A stretch of DNA of 64,000 nt from Veleropilina oligotropha (taxonomy: Eukaryota). Positions 1 to 10,117 of the stretch are shown here, one piece after another; position 1 is the stretch's first letter, and each line of letters begins with the position of its first letter. Below the pieces are notes generated by a model. The model saw nothing but the letters and a program-made list of their open reading frames with translations, was not told where the DNA came from and did no database searches. The stretch lies in the NCBI GenBank assembly GCA_048128005.1, contig JBEUKZ010000047.1, positions 372,001 to 436,000 on the forward strand. The letters run 5' to 3'. The position numbers and the translations under genes were made by a program.

Positions 1-1692
1 AACAAAAGTTTCCAGACGTACCAAGTGATCTGTGGTGCTCCGGTTGCGCCGGAACCCACTTTGATATTCTGTAAGTAAATTATTTGATTCAAGATACCAA
101 ACTAATCTCTCGTTTATCATCCGTTCCATGGTTTTGCAAATACAACTCGTCAGGGCTATGGGTCGATAACTGTTAGGATTTGATGTATCTTTTCCCGCCT
201 TTGCAATTGGGATAACTGTAGCTTCCCTCCACGAGGGAGGGAAGGTTCCAGTTTCCCAGATAGTATTGAATATTGCAAGTAGAGTTGTAAGTGATGTTCC
301 AGGTAAGTGCTTAAGTAATTGATAGTGAATGTCATCAGGGCCAACTGATGTGTCATGTGCCTTGTTTAGTGAATCTGCGAGTTCCTTTTGTGAAAATGGC
401 TGATTGTATGACTCTGTGTTGTTGGATCTAAAATTGAGCCTTGTTTTTTCTTTTTGATGCTTAAAACGGCTGAATTTTGGAGTGCAGTTGTCGGATGATG
501 AATTGGCAGAAAAGGTATCTGCCAATGTGTTTGCAATGTCTTTAGCTGTGGTTGCTTCTGATGTGTTTGTTTTAAGGTGCTTGATGCAGTTGGGTGTATG
601 TTTGCCACTAATTTTACGGATCATATCCCATGTTTTTTTAATAGTGGAACGAGAGTTTAGTTTGGTAACGTAGGAATGCCAGGATTCCCTTTTGCTGTGC
701 TTGATGGTACGTCTGGCTTGTGCTCTTAATAGCCTAAAGCTATTAAGATTTTGTAGTGTTGGGTGCTGTTTAAATGTTGAAATTGCATGTATGCGTGCTT
801 TGATTGCTTGTCTGCAGTCTTCATTAAACCAAGGTTTATTTTTGTGTTTGGCATTTGGACAGGTCTTTGGAATTGAGAGTGTTGCAATGTCATGTAGTGT
901 TGTAGAGAAACTTGATATTGGGTCTTCGCCATGAGTTAATTGATGTGAGTGTAATTGCTCTTCGCAAAGTGATTGGAATTTCTCCCAATCTGCTTTGCGA
1001 AGTTTCCACCTTTCTGTATGTTCTTGTGCTTGATAGATTGTGCTTTCCATGAAAATTGGAAAGTGGTCGCTTCCGTGGAGGTCCTCACCAACTTTCCAAT
1101 TAAAGTCCAGGAAAGCGGATGGGTCGCACATGGTAAGGTCAATGGTGGTAAGTGAACCTGTAGGTGGATGCATGTATGTTGGCGATTTGGTAGTGTTAAA
1201 TAGACACAAATTGTGTCTCCCAATAAAGTCCTCTATTTGATGTCCCCGTTTATCTGTGTCAGTACCGCCCCAATCAGTACTGTGGGCGTTAAAATCGCCA
1301 CACAGTAAAAATGGGGTCGATAGCTGATCGATGAGATCGTCAAGGTCAGTAGGTCGTAAGTTTGTACCAGGTGGTAAGTATACCGAGCAGATTGTTATTA
1401 CTCGGTGAGTCGATATTTTCACTGCTACTGCCTGTAAGTTAGTGTTTAAGTTGACTTGACTGTGTGGTGTTTTGTTGTTGACTATGATTGAAACCCCCCC
1501 TGTAGCCTTGTCACCAGTGGTGACAATGTGGTTGTATAGTGAGTGCTCTTTGATGCGTATGTTGTCTGTGAGTTTCATGTAAGTTTCATTGAGACAAAAT
1601 GCGGTTGGTTTGTGTTCTTGAATTAATAGACTTATCTCATCAATATTCGGTTTAATGCCTCTACAATTCCATTGTATTATTGTGCCTGACAT
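1..1692 (-). CDS. ORF2 (APE endonuclease and start of RT) of A1, runs off the window edge
   Basis: Near-identical to A2 ORF2 at offset 8,369. ATG at 1692, MSGTIIQWNCRG. Confidence 0.9.
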   Translation of the reverse strand, partial: MSGTIIQWNCRGIKPNIDEISLLIQEHKPTAFCLNETYMKLTDNIRIKEHSLYNHIVTTGDKATGGVSIIVNNKTPHSQVNLNTNLQAVAVKISTHRVITICSVYLPPGTNLRPTDLDDLIDQLSTPFLLCGDFNAHSTDWGGTDTDKRGHQIEDFIGRHNLCLFNTTKSPTYMHPPTGSLTTIDLTMCDPSAFLDFNWKVGEDLHGSDHFPIFMESTIYQAQEHTERWKLRKADWEKFQSLCEEQLHSHQLTHGEDPISSFSTTLHDIATLSIPKTCPNAKHKNKPWFNEDCRQAIKARIHAISTFKQHPTLQNLNSFRLLRAQARRTIKHSKRESWHSYVTKLNSRSTIKKTWDMIRKISGKHTPNCIKHLKTNTSEATTAKDIANTLADTFSANSSSDNCTPKFSRFKHQKEKTRLNFRSNNTESYNQPFSQKELADSLNKAHDTSVGPDDIHYQLLKHLPGTSLTTLLAIFNTIWETGTFPPSWREATVIPIAKAGKDTSNPNSYRPIALTSCICKTMERMINERLVWYLESNNLLTEYQSGFRRNRSTTDHLVRLETFV

Positions 1693-1748
1693 GTTGGTTT
1701 AATGGTGTGTATTAAGTGATTTGCTTGTAATGTTAATTTTAAATTTGC

Positions 1749-3248
1749 CTATTTATTCGGTGGAAGTACGGGCTTAATGGACATTTTCGGCTTCGCTTTG
1801 GACTGCCGATCCAATGGTTGGTCGCTTTCCATTGAATCGTCGGCAGGAGGAGGTGGCCCAGGTGGATCGGGGCTCTCCTTCGTCTGCTGGTGTAATTTTT
1901 CTGCTGCCTCTCTCCCACCCTTCGTGGCAGCAGCAACAATTTCCAGCGCGAGGTCCTCTATAATGCTATCGGTATTATCAATTTGGTCATCTGATGGTTC
2001 GTTGGTATCCATCAGGTGACCAAAGCGATTATGCAGCTTAATAGGGTCCTCGGACCCTTTGGGCTGTCTGTCTGGTTTAATGTTTGTTCTATCTGATTTT
2101 GAATGTTTCTTAGAGGCTGCTGCTTTAGGAACAGCAGCAGTCTCTTTTGTAGAGTTGCGAGTAGGTTTGATAGCTTTGATTGATTTTGATGTTTGAGTTG
2201 ATTCTGACGATGAAGATGCTAAATTGCTTCGAGATGGCAAAGTGCTGAAAAAAGCTTCGCCAAATGGCCAGGTGATATCCGTTTGTGTCGAAGAGGATCT
2301 AGTGACTGGCTTTTGCTCCGGTGCTGCAGCAATTGCAGCATAGGATTTACCCGAAATGGTCCTGGATTCAACCAATTTCCTGGCATCAGGGAAAGAGATC
2401 CGGTCGATAGTTTTGACCCTTTGGATCTCTTTCTCATGCTTCCACTTCGGGCAGTCCTTAGAGTAAGCAAAATGCTTACCCTTGCAATTGCAGCATAGTG
2501 GTGGTTTGGAGCAAGAGTCAGACTCGTGACCCTCCTCGCTACATCGAGCACATGCGGGATTCCTTCTGCATCGGTCCTTGTGATGCCCAAATGACTGGCA
2601 TTTGAAGCATCTCAAGGGGTTTGGGATGTAGGGCTCTACAGGGATGATAATATAACCAGCTTTAATTGTTCTAGGTAGAACAGGAAGGCGGAAGTCCAGG
2701 ATGATGGTATTGATGGGGATCTTCTTTCCATCTTTGAACATGGTCAGGCGTGTGACCTTGGTCACACCCTGGCTGTTCATGCCTTCCAGCAGTTCCTGTT
2801 CACTGCATCCCTGCAGATCCCTAGATCTAATAACTCCCTTGGAGGTGTTCAAGGACCGATGCGGTCGAATTTCAACGGGAATGTTGACAAATTTCGAAGT
2901 TCTAAGGAGATTCTCCGCATGGCTCTTCCTGGCGCATTCGACCAACAGGGTGCCATCTCGAAGTTTCTTCACTGATCGAGGTTCGCCAGCAAGACCAAGG
3001 ATGGCCTTGGAGATGGCGAAGGGACTCAAAGAAGTAATTGGAGTAGTTGAGTCAAGTGCCTCGATTGTCAAGAATCGTGGCCAGCTTTCCGGTACAGGGG
3101 GTGGAGGGTCGGGCCTATATTCGGCCTCCCTCTCAGGATCGAATGGGATTGACCGGATAGCGGCCATATATTTCGCATCATCATCGTCAGAATCAATTTC
3201 ATTTGATTTATTTTTTCGCCTCTTAATTGCGTGAGTGTGGTGTGCCAT
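1749..3248 (-). CDS. ORF1 gag-like nucleic-acid-binding protein (3 CCHC knuckles), A1
   Basis: 499 aa. Knuckles CFKCQSFGHHKDRC, CARCSEEGHESDSC, CCNCKGKHFAYSKDC. PYIPNPLRC motif typical of I-group ORF1. Confidence 0.93.
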   Translation of the reverse strand: MAHHTHAIKRRKNKSNEIDSDDDDAKYMAAIRSIPFDPEREAEYRPDPPPPVPESWPRFLTIEALDSTTPITSLSPFAISKAILGLAGEPRSVKKLRDGTLLVECARKSHAENLLRTSKFVNIPVEIRPHRSLNTSKGVIRSRDLQGCSEQELLEGMNSQGVTKVTRLTMFKDGKKIPINTIILDFRLPVLPRTIKAGYIIIPVEPYIPNPLRCFKCQSFGHHKDRCRRNPACARCSEEGHESDSCSKPPLCCNCKGKHFAYSKDCPKWKHEKEIQRVKTIDRISFPDARKLVESRTISGKSYAAIAAAPEQKPVTRSSSTQTDITWPFGEAFFSTLPSRSNLASSSSESTQTSKSIKAIKPTRNSTKETAAVPKAAASKKHSKSDRTNIKPDRQPKGSEDPIKLHNRFGHLMDTNEPSDDQIDNTDSIIEDLALEIVAAATKGGREAAEKLHQQTKESPDPPGPPPPADDSMESDQPLDRQSKAKPKMSIKPVLPPNK

Positions 3249-3784
3249 ATTGTGTGTCTTAGTGTTTCATCACCCGAGGTCCCCGCCCACCCCGGAGCCC
3301 AACAAGGGGGCATTTAACAGGTGCGGGGTTCCAGCACCCAATGCCAGGGATACCCGGGTGATATACTCAAATAAGTGAATGAATATTAGTGGTGGGAAGT
3401 GTATATCCCACCATTCATTCCTCACTTGATTGACCCTTCAGCCACCGCCTTCTGGGATATAGATCAACGGATGGTAAGTGATCTATGATATGGTATTTTA
3501 AGATGTAAAATTTAAATGATGTTATGTTTAGAATGTTAAGTTATCCCAGGGCATGGCGTGACAAGCCGATTGATCAGATAGGGCCTATCTGACCTCCCGT
3601 CTAGCTGAATCCGAGGCCAAAGTAGTGTGTTGCTTCAGCCGAAGCCGAAGCTCAACTACCAGGACCCTCTTTTCCAACATCACGGGTCGCCACCCACGGC
3701 CAACAGGTGGCTCCCATTTGGGGGGATCTTACCCCTCTGCAGGGAGAGCAGTCGGCATATTCTAACCCCTAACCGACTGGGGGA

Positions 3785-4753
3785 AATAACTCCCTTGGAG
3801 CTGTTCAAAGACCGATGCGGTCTGATTATTACAGGAATATTAACAAATGTATCTGTTCTAAGAAGGTTTTCCGCATGGCTCTTTCTGGCGCATTCAACCA
3901 GTAGTGTGCCATCTCGTAGTTTTTTAACGGATCGTGGTTCGCCAGCCTGGCCGAGAATGGCCTTGGATATGGCGAACGGACTCAGAGAAGTGATAGGAGT
4001 GTTGGAGTTGCACGATTCCACCGTTAAAAAACGGGGCCAGCTTTCCGGTACGACTGGTGGAGGGTCAGGTCTATAAGGAGCATCTAGCTCTGGATGATAA
4101 GGTGTAGACCGGAAAGCGGCCAAAAATTTAGCGTCATCATCATCAGAAACAGAGTCGACGGATATATTCCGTCGCTTTGCTGCTGTGTGGTTTCGGCGTT
4201 TAGGAGGGTGTGGAGTTGCCATATTTTGTGTATTAAGTTTCATCACCCGAGGTCCCCGCCCACCCCGGAGCCCAACAAGGGGGCATTTTAATGGGTGCGG
4301 AGTTCCAGCACCCAATGCCAGGGATACCCGGGTGATATACTCAAATAAGATAATGAATGTAGTGGTGGGAAATGTGTATCCCACCATCCATTACTCACTT
4401 GATTGACCCTTCAGCCACCGCCTTCTGGGATATAGATCGATTGATGGTATATGATCTGTTACATAAAGTGTTTTGATTGAAATGTATAAATGTAATATTA
4501 TTAAAATATATTATCCCAGGGCTTGACGTGACAAGCCGATTGATCAGATAGGGCCTATCTGACCTCCCGTCTAGCTGAATCCGAGGCCAAAGTAGTGTGT
4601 TGCTTCAGCCTAAGCTGAAGCTCAACTACCAGGATCCTCTTCTCCAACATCACGGGTCGCCACCCACGGCAAACAGGTGGCTCCCATTTGGGGGGATCTT
4701 ACCCCTCTGCAGGGAGAGCAGTCGGCATATTCTAACCCCTAACCGACTGGGGG
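3785..4753 (-). mobile_element. Family B LINE 5' portion (5'UTR and N-terminal ORF1 from ATG 4222), interrupted by A1
   Basis: Matches the uninterrupted B ORF1/5'UTR at 50226-51193. The 5' end is followed by TSD tttgtttgaaga at 4754-4765. Confidence 0.92.
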
Positions 4754-4921
4754 TTTGTTTGAAGAGGTAAAAGTTATTTATATCAACAAAAGTATAAACA
4801 TGATAGTCTTTTCACCTGATATTGTACTTCCCCTTTGTATATTCGTGCAGCCACTTATAAGTCCATCACGACTGTTTTCTTATCTTCAGTTAGGTATAAA
4901 AATGATGTTTCAATACCGCAA

Positions 4922-4947
4922 ATATATATATATATATATATATATAT
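4922..4947. repeat. (AT)n microsatellite
   Basis: Pure AT run. The copy near 51362 is 6 bp longer. Confidence 0.9.
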
Positions 4948-5127
4948 TTGGAAAAGACAAACGGAACAGGCCCAATGCCAAATTTTATTTTGTTGAGAAT
5001 TCCAAGTATTGCACCATAGTATTAATAAACTCAGTGTCACTCTTAACCTGTCCATTGCAGAGTAGGCATCATGTTCAGTCTTACATCAAACGACATATAC
5101 GGCCTCCCACCGAACCTGGCGTTCCTG

Positions 5128-5436
5128 GAGTGAGTGAGTGAGTTAATTTATCGTCGCTGTCGGCACTATTATGCCATAGTGCGACGGTAATATTTATTTT
5201 AAATAATGAAGATATTAAAAACGATGTTAAATAATATAAAATCAATGTCAAATAATAAAAAACAATAAAAGATGTAAAGCAAAATAATAACAACAACAGT
5301 AGCAATAAAATGAAGTCAAGCCATAATAAAAACAATATAAATGTCAAATAATGAAATATAATAAAACAATATCATAGAGCAAAATATGTAGTTATGGATA
5401 AAATTAGAAATGGTAAAAATAATAAAAGCACAATGG
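5128..5436 (-). mobile_element. 3' end/3'UTR remnant of a fourth I-group LINE (family D) with (ACTC)4 tail
   Basis: gagtgagtgagtgagt tail, then tttatcgtcgctgtcggcactattatgccatagtgcgacgg, alignable to the A/B/C terminal motif tttaacgaccacgccgacactataatggtcataatcgggtcgg. An A-rich (+ strand) UTR-like tract follows. Confidence 0.7.
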
Positions 5437-6060
5437 CCCGTAGGATCATGGTTGCCATTAAGTCTCCTGTAGGATCATGGTTGACGTTAAGTCTCCTGTA
5501 GGATCATGGTTGCCGTTAAGTCTCCCGTAGGATCATGGTTGCCGTTAAGTCTCCTGTAGGATCATGGTTGCCGTTAAGTCTCCTGTAGGATCATGGTTGC
5601 CGTTAAGTCTCCTGTAGGATCATGGTTGCCGTTAAGTCTCCCGTAGGATCATGGCTGCCGTTAAGTCTCCCGTAGGATCATGGTTGACGTTAAGTCTCCC
5701 GTAGGATCATGGTTGACGTTAAGTCTCCTGTAGGATCATGGTTGCCGTTAAGTCTCCTGTAGGATCATGGTTGCCGTTAAGTCTCCCGTAGGATCATGGC
5801 TGCCGTTAAGTCTCCCGTAGGATCATGGTTGCCGTTAAGTCTCCCGTAGGATCATGGTTGCCGTTAAGTCTCCCGTAGGATCATGGTTGCCGTTAAGTCT
5901 CCCGTAGGAACATGGTTGCCATTAAGTCTCCCGTAGGATCATGGTTGCCGTTAAGTCTCCCGTAGGATCATGGTTGCCGTTAAGTCTCCTGTAGGATCAT
6001 GGTTGCCGTCTGTCTCCTGTAGGATCATGGTTGCCGTTAAGTCTCCTGTAGGATCATGGT
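5437..6060. repeat. 29-bp tandem satellite/minisatellite, ~21.5 units
   Basis: Consensus gtaggatcatggttgccgttaagtctcc(c/t), head-to-tail with no spacers. Confidence 0.97.
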
Positions 6061-6377
6061 TTGATTTGATTTGATGTTTAACGACCACGCCGACACTATA
6101 ATGGTCATAATCGGGTCGGTCAAGTTAATTATACAATAGTTTAATATAAAATGTTAAAAGTTGAGATATATATTTACTTATAAAATATCAATGCAATAAA
6201 ACATATGTGATAAATAATAAAAACAAATCAATATATTTACAAGTAAAATAAACTATGCAAATTTAGATAAAAATAAGATCAAATGTTTGCTAAAAACGAG
6301 TATAATAAAAAGTATAATAATAAAATAAAATAAATATATATAGAATTTAGTCAAAGGAAATAAAAGTATAAATAAAA

Positions 6378-9300
6378 TTATAACTTATGGAAAATATTTA
6401 CCTGTTTTAAAAATTCAAATACGGCTTCGAGCTTATTAAGATTAAATAACTCTTGGAGTGAATTTGCCCTAAAATACCCTTGGCGTGCGAGATCCAAATC
6501 GACACAATCCAATAATATATGTTTAATTGTTAGGGCAGTTGCACAAGGAATACACTCGGGTGGAGGCTCCCCTTTAAGCAAGTAGGAGTGAGTGTAGTGA
6601 GAATGCCCAATTCTCAGTCTGGCCAAGACGACCTCCTCTCGCCGAGATGGCCTGCAAGAGGGTCCCCAGTCACCAAGAAGAGGTTGGACATTCTGCAGTT
6701 TATTCCTTGTGCATTCACTCCAAGAGTGCTGTCAAGTAGAATTTATATATTTGTTTATGCTTTGTTTAAAATCTGAGTGTGGTAGTTTACAATTTAGTAT
6801 ATTGTTAAAATTTGAGGCTGCCTTGGCAGCTTGGTCAGCCTTCTCATTGCCTTGGATACCGATATGGCTCGGTATCCAGCATAAAACAATGTCATTGTCA
6901 GGTAAAAGGTTGTTATAGTTTAATAAAATTTCCTGAACAATAACATTTCTATTCATCTCCCTCAGTGCTTGTAAGCTAGAGAGGGAGTCTGAATAGATAA
7001 TAAAACGCCGTTTAGTACTTGTAGAGATAAAATTAAGAGCAAGCTCGATTGCTTTTAGTTCTGCAGTATATATAGTCGCGCTGCCTGGCAGACGGTTTTG
7101 AAAACATTGTCTGCCAGTGACAGCGGCTGCTCCTACCAATTCTGCATCTTTTGAACCATCTGTGTATATGCTTGCACGATCTGAATATTTTAATTTCAGA
7201 TCGTGCACTTTTATGAGATAATCTGATGTGTCTGTGTTTGATTTTTTGAGTGATGTAAGTTGTAGATCAATTACCGGTACTTTTAGTGTCCATGGTGGAG
7301 TATCCGGAATGTGAATTGTTTTAATTTGACCTACATGTATGCCTGCGTTTTCTAGTGCTGGTTTTATGCGGATGCCAAACGGTGCAATTTTGTTTGGTTT
7401 TGCCTGAAATAGATTTTCGTAATTTGGTGTATAGACAGTTTCGAAAGCTGGGTTAGATGGATTTGATTTTAATTTTATTGCATATTGTAGTGATAGTTTT
7501 TCACGTCTGAGTGTAAGAGATGGTTCATTGGCTTCGACATAGAGGCTTTCCATGGGTGATGTGCGAAAAGCCCCTAATGCAAGTCGAAGCCCTTGATTAT
7601 GGATTGGATCAAGCATTTTAAGATATGAATGGCGAGCAGAGCCATATACTATGCTCCCATAATCGAGTTTTGATCTAATTAATGATCTATATAGTCGTAA
7701 TAAAACTGTTTTATCAGCACCCCATTCAGTATTAGAAACTACTTTCATTATATTTAAAGCCTTTTTACATTTGGCTTTGATGTATTTTAAATGAGGTATG
7801 AAAGACAGTTTTCGGTCAAATATAAGGCCTAAAAATTTAAATTGATCTACCACTGGAATCTCAAAGTCATCCAGCTTTAACACAGGGTCGTCATGTATTT
7901 CACGACGCTGGCAGAAGTGCATGCATTTAGTTTTGTCCTTTGAGAATTTAAATCCGTTCTCATCGGACCATATCTGTAATTTATTTAGGCCATGTTGTAG
8001 CTGGCGTTCTATACTGTTCATATTTGTTGAACGATAGCAAATGCCAAAATCGTCAACAAATAAAGAACAGTCAGTGCCAGCACTAATACATTTGACGATA
8101 CTGTTTATTTTAATACTGAATAGGGTGACTGATAAAATGCTTCCTTGAGGGACACCCATCTCCTGGTCGTGGATATCGGAGAGGGTGTCACCCACCTTAA
8201 CGTTAAAATTTCTATCCTCAAGGAATTTCGAAATAAAATTGGGCAAGTGGCCCTTTAAACCAAAATCAAACAAATCCTTCATAATCCCGTACTTCCAAGT
8301 CGTGTCGTAGGCCTTCTCTAGATCGAAAAAAACAGCAACTAAATGTTGTCTGTTTAGGAAGGCCTCACGAACAAAAGTTTCCAGACGTACCAAGTGATCT
8401 GTGGTGCTCCGGTTGCGCCGGAACCCACTTTGATATTCTGTAAGTAAATTATTTGATTCAAGATACCAAACTAATCTCTCGTTTATCATCCGTTCCATGG
8501 TTTTGCAAATACAACTCGTCAGGGCTATGGGTCGATAACTGTTAGGATTTGATGTATCTTTTCCCGCCTTTGCAATTGGGATAACTGTAGCTTCCCTCCA
8601 CGAGGGAGGGAAGGTTCCAGTTTCCCAGATAGTATTGAATATTGCAAGTAGAGTTGTAAGTGATGTTCCAGGTAAGTGCTTAAGTAATTGATAGTGAATG
8701 TCATCAGGGCCAACTGATGTGTCATGTGCCTTGTTTAGTGAATCTGCGAGTTCCTTTTGTGAAAATGGCTGATTGTATGACTCTGTGTTGTTGGATCTAA
8801 CATTGAGCCTTGTTTTTTCTTTTTGATGCTTAAAACGGCTGAATTTTGGAGTGCAGTTGTCGGATGATGAATTGGCAGAAAAGGTATCTGCCAATGTGTT
8901 TGCAATGTCTTTAGCTGTGGTTGCTTCTGATGTGTTTGTTTTAAGGTGCTTGATGCAGTTGGGTGTATGTTTGCCACTAATTTTACGGATCATATCCCAT
9001 GTTTTTTTAATAGTGGAACGAGAGTTTAGTTTGGTAACGTAGGAATGCCAGGATTCCCTTTTGCTGTGCTTGATGGTACGTCTGGCTTGTGCTCTTAATA
9101 GCCTAAAGCTATTAAGATTTTGTAGTGTTGGGTGCTGTTTAAATGTTGAAATTGCATGTATGCGTGCTTTGATTGCTTGTCTGCAGTCTTCATTAAACCA
9201 AGGTTTATTTTTGTGTTTGGCATTTGGACAGGTCTTTGGAATTGAGAGTGTTGCAATGTCATGTAGTGTTGTAGAGAAACTTGATATTGGGTCTTCGCCA

Positions 9301-10061
9301 TGAGTTAATTGATGTGAGTGTAATTGCTCTTCGCAAAGTGATTGGAATTTCTCCCAATCTGCTTTGCGAAGTTTCCACCTTTCTGTATGTTCTTGTGCTT
9401 GATAGATTGTGCTTTCCATGAAAATTGGAAAGTGGTCGCTTCCGTGGAGGTCCTCACCAACTTTCCAATTAAAGTCCAGGAAAGCGGATGGGTCGCACAT
9501 GGTAAGGTCAATGGTGGTAAGTGAACCTGTAGGTGGATGCATGTATGTTGGCGATTTGGTAGTGTTAAATAGACACAAATTGTGTCTCCCAATAAAGTCC
9601 TCTATTTGATGTCCCAGTTTATCTGTGTCAGTACCGCCCCAATCAGTACTGTGGGCGTTAAAATCGCCACACAGTAAAAATGGGGTCGATAGCTGATCGA
9701 TGAGATCGTCAAGGTCAGTAGGTCGTAAGTTTGTACCAGGTGGTAAGTATACCGAGCAGATTGTTATTACTCGGTGAGTCGATATTTTCACTGCTACTGC
9801 CTGTAAGTTAGTGTTTAAGTTGACTTGACTGTGTGGTGTTTTGTTGTTGACTATGATTGAAACCCCCCCTGTAGCCTTGTCACCAGTGGTGACAATGTGG
9901 TTGTATAGTGAGTGCTCTTTGATGCGTATGTTGTCTGTGAGTTTCATGTAAGTTTCATTGAGACAAAATGCGGTTGGTTTGTGTTCTTGAATTAATAGAC
10001 TTATCTCATCAATATTCGGTTTAATGCCTCTACAATTCCATTGTATTATTGTGCCTGACAT
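6378..10061 (-). pseudogene. A2 ORF2 (APE-RT-RNaseH-CCHC) with a premature stop
   Basis: TGG>TGA at 6732-6734 truncates it to 1109 aa. The remaining C-terminal CCHC region is in frame to 6378. Confidence 0.9.
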
Positions 10062-10117
10062 GTTGGTTTAATGGTGTGTATTAAGTGATTTGCTTGTAAT
10101 GTTAATTTTAAATTTGC

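Larger units (their letters stand above)
1..3783 (-). mobile_element. I-group/Nimb-like LINE, family A, copy A1 (3' part outside window), nested in ORF1 of family B
   Basis: ORF1 1749-3248 and ORF2 start at 1692. The 5' end CCCCCAGTCGG at 3783 is followed by the B-ORF1 target sequence aataactcccttgg. Matches A3 at offset 26,439. Confidence 0.95.

Noticed and set aside
2701..3234. Antisense and alternate-frame ORFs within LINE ORFs (e.g. 177 aa, 123 aa, 221 aa)
   Set aside because: Shadow ORFs that recur only because the copies are near-identical. They have no motifs, and their boundaries are not conserved across A, B and C.
3762..3775. Telomeric repeat / telomere-elongating retrotransposon array (ctaacccctaacc)
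   Set aside because: Only two imperfect units, internal to the LINE 5' hairpin loop. Insertions have TSDs and are nested internally, unlike HeT-A/TART end addition, and no (TTAGGG)n tract is present.
3711..3783. HDV, twister, pistol or hammerhead call for the A/B 5' module
   Set aside because: No UCCUCG-type L3 with nested P3, no twister P4/L4 motif, no complement for a pistol pseudoknot and no CUGANGA/GAAA core were found by eye. Left unassigned.
3680..4387. 235-aa ORF as an independent gene
   Set aside because: It is the B ORF1 N-terminus running into the A 5' end at the insertion junction.
3249..4753. LTRs (two similar ~500-bp direct repeats)
   Set aside because: They are the 5'UTRs of nested A and B LINEs. 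There are no TG..CA ends, PBS, protease or integrase.
5081..5347. 88-aa hydrophobic ORF (membrane peptide)
   Set aside because: Translation of the T-rich low-complexity D 3'UTR.
5437..6060. CRISPR array (29-bp repeats)
   Set aside because: Repeats are contiguous with no unique spacers, there are no cas genes, and the context is eukaryotic TE DNA.
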